Notes under the pieces: model-generated
What the model was told of the DNA's origin: nothing
The model's database searches: none
Seen by the model: the letters and a program-made list of their open reading frames with translations, nothing else
From: Candidatus Saccharibacteria bacterium UBA5145
Lineage (GTDB): Bacteria; Patescibacteriota; Saccharimonadia; Saccharimonadales; UBA4665
DNA length: 64,000 bases
Direction of reading: 5' to 3'
NCBI GenBank assembly: GCA_002413865.1
Contig: DHXX01000012.1
Span: 20,241 to 84,240, forward strand
In this document: positions 1-8,100 of the stretch, in pieces
How the letters are laid out: the number at the start of each line of letters is the position of its first letter
Position numbering within the stretch: the stretch's first letter is position 1
Program-made: the position numbers and the translations under genes

Positions 1-42
1 TTCGCTACGCTCTCTCGACGGGTTCGTATCCCTCGCAAATTA

Positions 43-70
43 AAAAGACCTGCTTTACAGCAGGACTTTT
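43..70. terminator. hairpin terminator-like element (bidirectional)
   Basis: A5 run, stem cctgc/gcagg (49-53/60-64, extendable with one mismatch), 6-nt loop, then a T run. Sits just 3' of tRNA-Ser(GCU). Confidence 0.4.
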
Positions 71-75
71 TAATT

Positions 76-168
76 TGGCGGAGAGAGAGGGATTCGAACC
101 CTCGCGGGAGATTGCTCCCCCCTAATGATTTAGCAAACCATCCCCTTGAGCCACTTGGGTACCTCTCC
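76..168 (-). tRNA. tRNA-Ser (anticodon GCU)
   Basis: The reverse complement folds as a class II tRNA. Acceptor GGAGAGG/TCTCTCC, anticodon arm ATGGT-TTGCTAA-ATCAT, long variable arm, T arm GAGGG-TTCGAAT-CCCTC, encoded CCA. Confidence 0.9.
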
Positions 169-410
169 AGACTGGGCTATTGTACTATACCTTGGCGCTG
201 GGTGCCACGACTAGGGCTATCTTAATAATAAAAATTGTCCTTCTGATAATCTCGTGCTGTGAAGGGTTGGGGTGGGATCGCTCCGTTACACTGCGCTCCG
301 CCACAAAGTCATGCTCGGAGCGAGCTCCTGCGCGTGACTTTGCTCTGCCGAACCCACGGTATGTATCGACTTCGTCGCTACACCGTGGGTTCGGGTCGCA
401 CTGCCAAACT

Positions 411-440
411 AAAATAACCTACCTGGTGGTAGGTTATTTT
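411..440. terminator. perfect 13-bp hairpin terminator
   Basis: aaaataacctacc-tggt-ggtaggttatttt, with A/T runs on both sides. Lies 4 nt 3' of tRNA-Ser(UGA). Confidence 0.6.
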
Positions 441-444
441 AGTT

Positions 445-534
445 TGGCGGAAGGGGTGGGATTCGAACCCACGGTACCATTGCTGGCACGACGGTTTTCA
501 AGACCGTTTCCATCGACCACTCGGACACCCTTCC
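445..534 (-). tRNA. tRNA-Ser (anticodon UGA)
   Basis: The reverse complement has acceptor GGAAGGG/CCCTTCC, anticodon arm ACGGT-CTTGAAA-ACCGT, long variable arm, T arm GTGGG-TTCGAAT-CCCAC and encoded CCA. Confidence 0.9.
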
Positions 535-630
535 ACGGGCGTAACGGAGGTGATTATAGCATGCAATGGCCGAGTAAGCCATTGCGGGATAGTGGGTTGA
601 TGGTAGCTGGAGGGTGGCTCCCGCTCTTCT

Positions 631-707
631 GTCATCCCAGCGCAGGCTGGGACCCAATCAATAATGAATTCTATATCGATTGGATCCCAAATCAAGTTTG
701 GGATGAC
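631..707 (-). repeat. 77-bp GTCATCC-bounded two-hairpin element (type I, inverted copy)
   Basis: The reverse complement aligns almost base for base with 51820-51896, 60264-60341 and 28311-28388. It carries hairpins tcccaaa-cttgat-tttggga and cccagc-NNNN-gctggg. Confidence 0.85.
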
Positions 708-718
708 GGTAGGGGAAC

Positions 719-1381
719 CTAGGCTTGGGCGAAGACGATGGCTTCGACGCGCTTCGCGCCGGCCGCCTTCAGGGCTCGCGCCGCCGCTTGCAGTGTCGCA
801 CCAGTAGTGAGCACGTCGTCGACCAATAATATATGTGCCCCGGTTACGCCGCTGGACTTAACCCGGAAAGCGCCAGTTAATTGCGTTAGTCGCTGGTGGC
901 GCGAAGCACCGACCTGGTGCTGTTGGCCGACGCGGGTCAAACAGGGGAGATAGCGCCGCCCCAACCGGTCTGCTAGCTCCCGAGCCAGCAGCTGGGCCTG
1001 ATCATACCCCCGCTGGCGAACACGTTTGCTCGATGTCGGGACGGGAACAATCAGAATGTGAGCCTCGGCGGCATAGATTGTTGCCAGATATTCGGCAATC
1101 TGGCCGGCCGCCGCTTGGGCGCCCTGAAATTTTAAGCGCCAGACCAGTTCTTTGGCGATAGTTTCGTAATTAGTACCGACGGTCACTCGGTAGAGCGGAC
1201 TCGTCGCGCGGCACGAGCGACAAGTACGGCTCAATTTGGTGACGGCTCGACAACGATAACAACGGGCTGGCAGGCAGGTTAAGGCGCTGCTACAGGCGCG
1301 GCATAACAGAGGCCCTTCGTCGCCGCAGCCGACGCAGCGGTGGGGAGCAATAATAGCGATTAGGCGGTCGAATAAGCTCAT
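719..1381 (-). CDS. comFC: ComF family protein (ComFC-type phosphoribosyltransferase-fold competence protein)
   Basis: N-terminal 4-Cys zinc finger (CVGCG...CRAC...CYRC...CRSC) and C-terminal PRTase motif ILLVDDVLTTGATL. Start taken at MSLFDRL (ATG 1381) rather than the ORF-track start at 1435. Confidence 0.8.
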   Translation of the reverse strand: MSLFDRLIAIIAPHRCVGCGDEGPLLCRACSSALTCLPARCYRCRAVTKLSRTCRSCRATSPLYRVTVGTNYETIAKELVWRLKFQGAQAAAGQIAEYLATIYAAEAHILIVPVPTSSKRVRQRGYDQAQLLARELADRLGRRYLPCLTRVGQQHQVGASRHQRLTQLTGAFRVKSSGVTGAHILLVDDVLTTGATLQAAARALKAAGAKRVEAIVFAQA

Positions 1382-1510
1382 GTTGTGATTATTGTGTTGT
1401 AAATATGTAGTTTGTTCGTTGCACACCTTGAACAACCTAAGCTATACTGTCAGTAAGACAAAAATGCAAGACTCTTAAAGAAGAATTAATCAACCGGAGG
1501 GTAACAGCTT

Positions 1511-1987
1511 ATGGCGCGACGTAATCGCGACGACGATCTTTTGCTTGAAGAAGACGAATTAACAGCGGCTTTTTTGGGTGACGATGATCTCACAGTACCA
1601 ACCGAGACCAACCAACCACAGGCCTCACCAACAACTGATGAGTGGGACGAAGACGATACCGTACCCGGCCAATTGGCAGTCGACGTGTATGAGACTCGCG
1701 AAAAGCTAGTCGTTAAAGCTCGCACCGCGGGCGTTAACAAGCACGACCTCGACGTCAGTATCTCTGACAACCAGTTAACGATTCGCGGCACCCTGAGTGC
1801 CGGCTTGGAAGAAGGCGTCGAAAACTACTTCTTGCAAGAATGTTACTGGGGTGAATTCTCACGGACTATTGCATTGCCCGTACCTGTCAAAGAAGAAGAG
1901 ATTGAAGCCGTTCTAAAAGATGGCGTTCTGACAATCAGCTTCGGCAAAGTCAAGCAAGACACGATCAAGAAGATCCAAGTCTTATAG
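1511..1987 (+). CDS. hsp20: Hsp20/alpha-crystallin family small heat-shock protein
   Basis: Acidic N-terminus, then an alpha-crystallin domain: AVDVYETREKLVVKARTAGV...LTIRGT...GEFSRTIALP...DGVLTISFGK. Confidence 0.85.
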   Translation: MARRNRDDDLLLEEDELTAAFLGDDDLTVPTETNQPQASPTTDEWDEDDTVPGQLAVDVYETREKLVVKARTAGVNKHDLDVSISDNQLTIRGTLSAGLEEGVENYFLQECYWGEFSRTIALPVPVKEEEIEAVLKDGVLTISFGKVKQDTIKKIQVL

Positions 1988-2008
1988 CCGCTTTGGTTTA
2001 ATCGCCTT

Positions 2009-2044
2009 AAATAAGCCCTTACTCTTGTAGGGGCTTATTTTGTT
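2009..2044 (+). terminator. rho-independent terminator of hsp20
   Basis: Perfect 10-bp stem aaataagccc/gggcttattt (2009-2018/2031-2040) running into a T-rich tail. Confidence 0.6.
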
Positions 2045-2102
2045 ACCAAAGAACCCTTCCATTGCCACCCCGCACTCTTCCAACATCCAACCTTTCTTTC
2101 TT

Positions 2103-2214
2103 GTCATCCCAGCGAAAGCTGGGACCCAGTCAATAACTAACTCCTTACAGAGGTTTTTTGGGAGTAGCTACCGCTACAAAAAATATACTGGGTCCCAGCT
2201 TTCGCTGGGATGAC
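2103..2214. repeat. ~112-bp REPIN/MITE-like element (type II)
   Basis: 28-bp terminal inverted repeats gtcatcccagcgaaagctgggacccagt / actgggtcccagctttcgctgggatgac. Each arm is itself a 7-bp hairpin with a GAAA loop. The internal hairpin is gtagc-tacc-gctac. Paralogous copies lie at 56056-56167 (inverted) and 58934-59047. Confidence 0.9.
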
Positions 2215-2243
2215 AATATGGGGGGAAGGGTCTATCGCGAAAG

Positions 2244-2271
2244 CAAAAGAGCCCTTCGCAGGGAAGGGCTC
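2244..2271 (-). terminator. rho-independent terminator of the pilin operon
   Basis: Stem gagcccttc/gaagggctc (2249-2271), followed on the minus strand by TTTT. Lies 29 nt after the stop of the last pilin gene. Confidence 0.6.
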
Positions 2272-2299
2272 TTGAAGTGATGTTGCTGAAGAACTATTA

Positions 2300-2734
2300 C
2301 TAGCTGATGCCGGTAGTTGATGTCGTAGCCGTGTTGATCACGAAGTGAACGATGATTTGGGCTAGAGCCACGATAATAAGGCCAATGATAGCGTATATTA
2401 AGGTGTTCTTGGCGCCAGACACATTGCCGCTGTCACCACCGGAGGTGATGTACTTGAATCCTCCGTAGATAATCATCAGGACGGCCACGATGCCGACGAT
2501 GATCGAGAATATATTGACTATTTTTGAAGCGATGCCACTGAGATCGGTCGTTCCGCTTGTTCCAGCTGTACCACAATTATCGCCAGCCGTTCCGGTGGCG
2601 TTGTTAACTCCCGTACAAAGGCTGCTCTTGATGGTTGCCGAGGCAACACCGCCCAGAACAGGCACTAACATCGGGACCCCCAGCGTCAAACTAGCGACGG
2701 CGACGAGGAAAAAGCTTTTCATTTTTTTAATCAT
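2300..2734 (-). CDS. T4SS pilin-like protein (VirB2/TrbC-type), paralog 1
   Basis: Signal peptide, Cys pair (C..14..C), then a TM-loop-TM hairpin IVGIVAVLMIIYGGFKYITSGGDSGNVSGAKNTLIYAIIGLIIVALAQIIVHFVIN that is shared by all six paralogs. Confidence 0.75.
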   Translation of the reverse strand: MIKKMKSFFLVAVASLTLGVPMLVPVLGGVASATIKSSLCTGVNNATGTAGDNCGTAGTSGTTDLSGIASKIVNIFSIIVGIVAVLMIIYGGFKYITSGGDSGNVSGAKNTLIYAIIGLIIVALAQIIVHFVINTATTSTTGIS

Positions 2735-2797
2735 ATTTACCTTTCTTATGTTTACTTAATTTATACTACAAAAACACTCTTCAAATCAAGCTGCCAT

Positions 2798-3286
2798 CTA
2801 CTTACATCGTCTATCGCTTGCAGAGATCGCAGGGTTAGAGGTGCAGGCGCCGGTGGCTGAATTAACTACAAAGAAGACAATTGCCTGAGCTAACGCTACC
2901 ACCACTAACCCGACGATAGCGTACACTAGCGTGGTTTTGGCACTAGCTATCTTGCTGGCGTCCCCACCAGAGGTGACATATTTAAACCCACTTACGAGAA
3001 CCATAACTACCGCCGCGACACCAACAATAAACGACAGTATGCGGAGTATTGCGGCGATTATATTCGTAATAGCCGTATTGCTAGCAGATCCACAGCCTTG
3101 CGTACTATCGACGCTGTTTAGGCCGTCACAAGCACTACTTTTTAGCGTCGGGGGTGCTGGGGCGGGTGTAGTGGCGGCAAAACTGGGGGAAATGTTTGGC
3201 ATAGCCGCTACCGGCATAGCAAACAGCAAGCCACTTAGGCCTAGGCTGATTGCTAAAAAGTTCAGTAACTTAGTCTTCATATTCAT
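2798..3286 (-). CDS. T4SS pilin-like protein, paralog 2
   Basis: Signal peptide, Pro/Ala linker, Cys pair, then hairpin FIVGVAAVVMVLVSGFKYVTSGGDASKIASAKTTLVYAIVGLVVVALAQAIVFFVVN. There is an extra C-terminal Cys pair. Confidence 0.75.
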   Translation of the reverse strand: MNMKTKLLNFLAISLGLSGLLFAMPVAAMPNISPSFAATTPAPAPPTLKSSACDGLNSVDSTQGCGSASNTAITNIIAAILRILSFIVGVAAVVMVLVSGFKYVTSGGDASKIASAKTTLVYAIVGLVVVALAQAIVFFVVNSATGACTSNPAISASDRRCK

Positions 3287-3294
3287 TCCTTAAA

Positions 3295-3684
3295 TTAGAT
3301 TTTATTAATTACAAACGCAATGATTGATTGGGCGATTATAACCACGACTATACCGATGACTACGTAGAGCACGCCATCGCGCGCAGACTTCACGCCGTTG
3401 GCGTCGCCATTTGAGGTAATCAAACGGAAGCCGCTAACAACCAGCACAACGGTAGCAGCAATCCCTGCTATGAGGGACAGCATGTTTAAGAGCTCTTTCA
3501 GAACAACGATAACGGGGTTTGTCTTTGCTTTAGTCTGGGCACCAACATCGCCACACACAACCGTAGATTTGGCACTACCACTACATGGCTGGAAAACGTC
3601 TACGGCACTGGCCGTACTGGTGACTACCAACACCGGGAAGAGAAGACTGGCTGCGATTGCTAATGCGTATATAAATTTCTTCAT
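3295..3684 (-). CDS. T4SS pilin-like protein, paralog 3
   Basis: Start taken at MKKFIYAL (ATG 3684). Signal peptide, Cys pair CSGSAKSTVVC, hairpin LIAGIAATVVLVVSGFRLITSNGDANGVKSARDGVLYVVIGIVVVIIAQ. Confidence 0.7.
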   Translation of the reverse strand: MKKFIYALAIAASLLFPVLVVTSTASAVDVFQPCSGSAKSTVVCGDVGAQTKAKTNPVIVVLKELLNMLSLIAGIAATVVLVVSGFRLITSNGDANGVKSARDGVLYVVIGIVVVIIAQSIIAFVINKI

Positions 3685-3688
3685 AATT

Positions 3689-4018
3689 CTATAACCGATT
3701 GAGCACAAATGACACAATTAATTCACCGCTAAGGGCAATCACTAGTCCAGCGGTGGCATAGATAATAGTATTGCGCGCTTTCGCCGCTTGTTGGGGGTTA
3801 CTGCCTTCCGTAATAAGACGCAGGCCTCCCCAGATAACAATAATAACTACGGCCACGACAGCAATTATCCCGAATACTATTTGCAAAATACTTTGTAGGT
3901 TGGCCTGACTGGCCGCAATTGTAGGTAGACCCGTATCACAGTTAGCTGCGTCTAGACACTCCACTTTGGCCGTAGCCGCCACTACGCCAATCATGGCTGG
4001 TGAAAGAAGCGTGATCAT
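3689..4018 (-). CDS. T4SS pilin-like protein, paralog 4 (short)
   Basis: Short hydrophobic leader, Cys pair CLDAANC, hairpin IVFGIIAVVAVVIIVIWGGLRLITEGSNPQQAAKARNTIIYATAGLVIAL. Confidence 0.65.
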   Translation of the reverse strand: MITLLSPAMIGVVAATAKVECLDAANCDTGLPTIAASQANLQSILQIVFGIIAVVAVVIIVIWGGLRLITEGSNPQQAAKARNTIIYATAGLVIALSGELIVSFVLNRL

Positions 4019-4022
4019 AGCT

Positions 4023-4445
4023 TTAATTTATCCTTCCCGCCACAAAAGCAATAATGGCAGCGGCCGAAATGGCGAGAGCCAACCCTATCAGGGCGTTGAC
4101 AATCGTGCGCCTTGCCTGAGCGGTCTTATCGGGCTCTCCTTGGCTCAACATGTATGACACCCCGCCATACATCACGAACGCGACCGCCATTAGGGCCGCT
4201 ACACGAATAAGTATTTCAATGATTGCTGCGACGACAAGCCAGGTGTCGGCCAGGCTTGCCAACAGCGGCGTACACATCGGAAGACCGTTTGGATTGGCCA
4301 CAGAAACCGCTACCGTTGGCTGGAGAGTCCCACTCAAGTACTGGTACCAGTGTGGGAAACTCAAGAAACTAGTCACCCCTTTCGGAAAAGTACAAGCATC
4401 ACCGATCTTAGCGGCGACTACCGCAGCAATTACTGGACTGATCAC
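4023..4445 (-). CDS. T4SS pilin-like protein, paralog 5
   Basis: GTG start overlapping the upstream stop (GTGA). Two Cys residues, then hairpin RVAALMAVAFVMYGGVSYMLSQGEPDKTAQARRTIVNALIGLALAISAAAIIAF. Confidence 0.65.
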   Translation of the reverse strand: MISPVIAAVVAAKIGDACTFPKGVTSFLSFPHWYQYLSGTLQPTVAVSVANPNGLPMCTPLLASLADTWLVVAAIIEILIRVAALMAVAFVMYGGVSYMLSQGEPDKTAQARRTIVNALIGLALAISAAAIIAFVAGRIN

Positions 4446-4870
4446 TGGAAGAATCCTGCCGGAATTAGATAGTTCAATATCGCGTAGGCAAATATGAATA
4501 TGAGCAGGGCCGTGATATTGCTCCTGATACGCCCCATCGCCTCGGCCGTCGCCTTTGGATCACCGCGCGACGCGGTGTACTGGATGCCAGCAAAAACCAT
4601 TGAGCCAGTCAGAACTAACCCCACGCCAATGGAAAGAAAACGAATAATCGCAAAGGCCACATCAGTAATTGGATTGCCCTTACCGGTACAGCCGATATTT
4701 ATCGACGTCACAACACTGTTTGGAGCTGCACCACAGACATCACCGGGGGCGGCGGCAGCGGCCGCAAAGCCGGTGACTAGCGGTGTTGCCGAAACATTTG
4801 GGGTTGCCAGAAAACAGAAGCCAAGCACGAACCCTAAAATTATTAAACCGTTTTTATATTTATGAAGCAT
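4442..4870 (-). CDS. T4SS pilin-like protein, paralog 6 (first gene of the operon)
   Basis: Signal peptide MLHKYKNGLIILGFVLGFCFLATPNVSA, Cys pair, hairpin FLSIGVGLVLTGSMVFAGIQYTASRGDPKATAEAMGRIRSNITALLIFIFAY. The alternative ATG at 4879 overlaps the predicted -10 box. Confidence 0.65.
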   Translation of the reverse strand: MLHKYKNGLIILGFVLGFCFLATPNVSATPLVTGFAAAAAAPGDVCGAAPNSVVTSINIGCTGKGNPITDVAFAIIRFLSIGVGLVLTGSMVFAGIQYTASRGDPKATAEAMGRIRSNITALLIFIFAYAILNYLIPAGFFQ

Positions 4871-4878
4871 TAACACCA

Positions 4879-4907
4879 TTTATATTGGATATCTCCGTTT
4901 TTTGCAA
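4879..4907 (-). promoter_or_regulatory. candidate sigma70-type promoter of the pilin operon
   Basis: On the minus strand: TTGCAA (4907-4902), 17-nt spacer, TATAAA (4884-4879). This would give a very short or absent leader for the ATG at 4870. Confidence 0.3.
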
Positions 4908-5147
4908 GCCTAAAGCTCTATTTACAACTTTATCTATGGGTGATGGTCGGCCGCGGAATGTAGCCCATCTTACGAGCTGTATTACTTCAAACTATACTTG
5001 GCCGTCTTGCCAAAATCAACCTTGCACCTGATATAGACGGACCAACCAGTCATGCCAAAAACTAATAGGGCGCTCTATTCCTGTTTCTAGAGTCGACTCA
5101 CCCCTTTTATCACCATATATATGGTTATGCCATCGCCGTTAAATCAT

Positions 5148-5177
5148 TTGACCCGAACCTAACCATTAGTGTTTAAT
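5148..5177 (+). promoter_or_regulatory. candidate sigma70-type promoter of the T4SS machinery operon
   Basis: TTGACC (5148-5153), 18-nt spacer, TTTAAT (5172-5177), about 20 nt before the ATG at 5197. Confidence 0.3.
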
Positions 5178-5196
5178 TAAACTAGTTGGCTTATCT

Positions 5197-8100
5197 ATGA
5201 TATTGAAAATGAAAATCCAGAAAATGAAGAGTCGCAGCCTGTTGGTGTTACTGGCTTTGGTGCCCGTATTGTCTACTGTTATAGTCCTCGGCACACCCGT
5301 CCTAGGGTCGCACGCCGCTGCTGCTACGGCTCCACTTCCGGTTGATGCCCGTGTTTTCTCCCGCCAATCCTACCTTATGATGACTTCTCAATGCGGTTGG
5401 ACCCGAGGCGTAGGAGCGATCCGCGCCGTCGCGGAACCCGGAATACCGTTCACTCCAGCCAATGGGTGGATGGCGACTGATCACAACGGGGCGAACATGA
5501 ACAAGTCTGTTGGTAGCGCTTTCAGAAAGTTCATTCCTATGAATGATGATACTGCGAGAATGGATTGCGATAACGCCGAGGGTTGGGTAGACAAAACCCT
5601 CCAAGTTTGGAATTTTAAAGATCCAATAACTTTCTTATGGGCGGTCCGTGATGCCGGTGGGCTGAACTGGAATAAGGACATGGGTGCCTTCTCGACCAAA
5701 GACGGAAGTAACAGCAATGCGGAAAATGCCGCCATTACTAAAGTCGTCCAAAAAACACCTTTTTCGGGGGCAACGAAAGGCCTCGCTCCCGACGAACAGT
5801 ATTACGACTGGCTAGTCAATTTCGAAACACAGTGTTCGGCAACTTTTTCAAATTCACCGGCCGCCACCAGTACCGAGATAAATGGCATAATGAGCGCCCA
5901 AGCCCTTCTTAACGGCACCCCGACGCCCGGTTATTGGCACTTTGATAAAAGAGTTGGCATAGACGTGGATGTTGGCACCGCTTTGATTGCTAGTGACGGT
6001 GGTTCTAACTGCCCTGAGATAGCCAATCATGTTGGTAACCCTATCCTTATCAATGCTTACGCCGCCTACGTTAAGGCCGGTGGTACGGCACCGGCCGTGA
6101 CTGGCGGTGGAGCTGCGGCCACTTCACCCGACTGTGAGTCGCAGGGTGGTGCGTTGGGCTGGGTACTATGCCCAATAATAGATGGTCTAGCCAAGACTAT
6201 TGACGGCCTCTACAGCACCATGATTCAGCCGCTACTAGTGACTAGGCCAATCGACATTTTAGGCAGTAGCAGCGACCCAACGCATACCTATCAAATCTGG
6301 TCTAACTTTCGCATATATGGCAATATTTTCCTGGTAATCGCGCTGCTGGTGATAGTGTTTGGCCAATCAATTGGTGGTGGCATGATCGAGGCCTACACCG
6401 CCAAGAAGGTCTTGCCGCGCCTATTAGTCGCCGCCGTCATGGTCAACCTATCCATTTATCTTGTCGCTTTCGCCGTTGACCTGACGAACATTTTGGGGAA
6501 CGGCCTAGCCACGATTATTAGCGCCCCCTTTGCCCAAACACCGGGGTTCTTCAAACTCAGCATTAGCGGCACGACGGGTGGCATTGGGCTCACCGCCATA
6601 GTAGGTACTGCCTTTTGGGCCGCCATAAGTGCCGGCCCGCTGTGGACGTTCATCTGGACATTCTTCTTGATGCCGGTTTTGCTGACAGTTCTTGCCATTC
6701 TGGTAACGGTAGTCATCCGGCGCGGTTTGATCATCCTGCTCATAATCGCCAGTCCGGTGGCCTTTGCGTTGTACTGTCTCCCCAACACCGAAAAATATTT
6801 CAAAAAGTGGTGGGATTTATTGATAAAAACGCTGCTTGTCTACCCGATTATTGCCGTCATCTTTGCCATCGCCAACATACTTGCTGTCACCATCAATTCG
6901 ACCAGTCAGAGTGGCGGCATCACCGGAGTCGTTGGCCAGTTCGTGAGTGTCGCGGCGCTAGTGGTGCCACTTTTCCTGATTCCGTTCGCTTTCAAGCTTG
7001 CCGGCGGCGTCATCGGTCAGCTGCACGGTGCCCTAGGTGGGATCAGTAAACGCGGAGCGGAAGCCTACAAGGGCAACGCCAACGACCCCAACAGTCGCCG
7101 CAACAGGGCTCGCAATGGTTTGGAAGACCGAAATATACTGAGCCGGGAACGGGGCGTTAGTAGGGTTGGCGGTCTTCAAAAAGCTGGAGTGACGGACAAT
7201 CAATCAGCCCAAACAGCCAGATGGAAGCGTCGGCTGGGACGGACACTCAGCCCGGTTGGCCGAGTGCTCAACTCGGGCGACCTAGAGGCCAAACGCTCGG
7301 CGCTTACCAAGAAACAGGCCGAATTGCGGGAACAAAAAACAGGCTATGGTCCCGACGACAGTGTGCGTGCTTTCTATGCTAAAAAGGGCGACGACGGCCT
7401 CTGGCGCTCATCAACGAGTGGCAAGGTGTTCTCCGACCTCGACGTCCAAAAAGCCAATTCACTCTACGGTCGCGGGGCGGGTTTATCGGCCTCGCAGGCC
7501 GCCATTAACTACGAACTCGGCAAAGCCGGAAACGACTCAGAATACAATAAGTTTCTGGCGGAGACCCCAGCGATGCTGGAGAAGAAAGGCTACAATCATG
7601 ATGAAATCAATGGCATTATGAAGGGTGTTGGTTATGCCAACCAAGCCAAGCGGCTCGACCTCAAGCACTCTTCGTTTAGCAAGAATGAAGATACTGGATT
7701 ATGGAAGCGCAGGATCGACTACGCCACCATGTCCCAGGACGCCGCCGAGAATTTTGGTTCGTACCCGATATCCAACATGAAGGACTCGCCGCTCTTGGCG
7801 CTCAGTGAAGGCCACACCGCGGCCCAAGGCGCCATCGCTGACGCCGCGCTCATTACCGGCACCGACGATGCATCCAATAAAGCCAGGCAGGACGTCTTCG
7901 ACAAAGCCGGCTTTAAGGCAGCCGCTCTGTCGGACGGCACAAAGATGGGCGGTCAAGCTCTGGCGGAACGGACTATCGCAGACAACAAGACGACCGCCAA
8001 GATTCTGGACACCCGCATGCGCCAGGGCCAGGGCATCGGCAGCATCGGCGACGACGGCACCGTTATTCCCAGCGCTCCCGGTATCGGTAGTGGTGCCAAT

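Noticed and set aside
1-42. Possible 3' end of a tRNA or tmRNA (gggttcgtatccc resembles a T-loop)
   Set aside because: The flanking 5-mers (acggg/ccctc) pair at only three positions, and there is no acceptor stem or CCA.
180-722. 180-aa plus-strand ORF from the track
   Set aside because: It runs antisense straight through tRNA-Ser(UGA), a terminator hairpin and a GTCATCC repeat. It has no RBS or recognisable motif, so it is a spurious frame.
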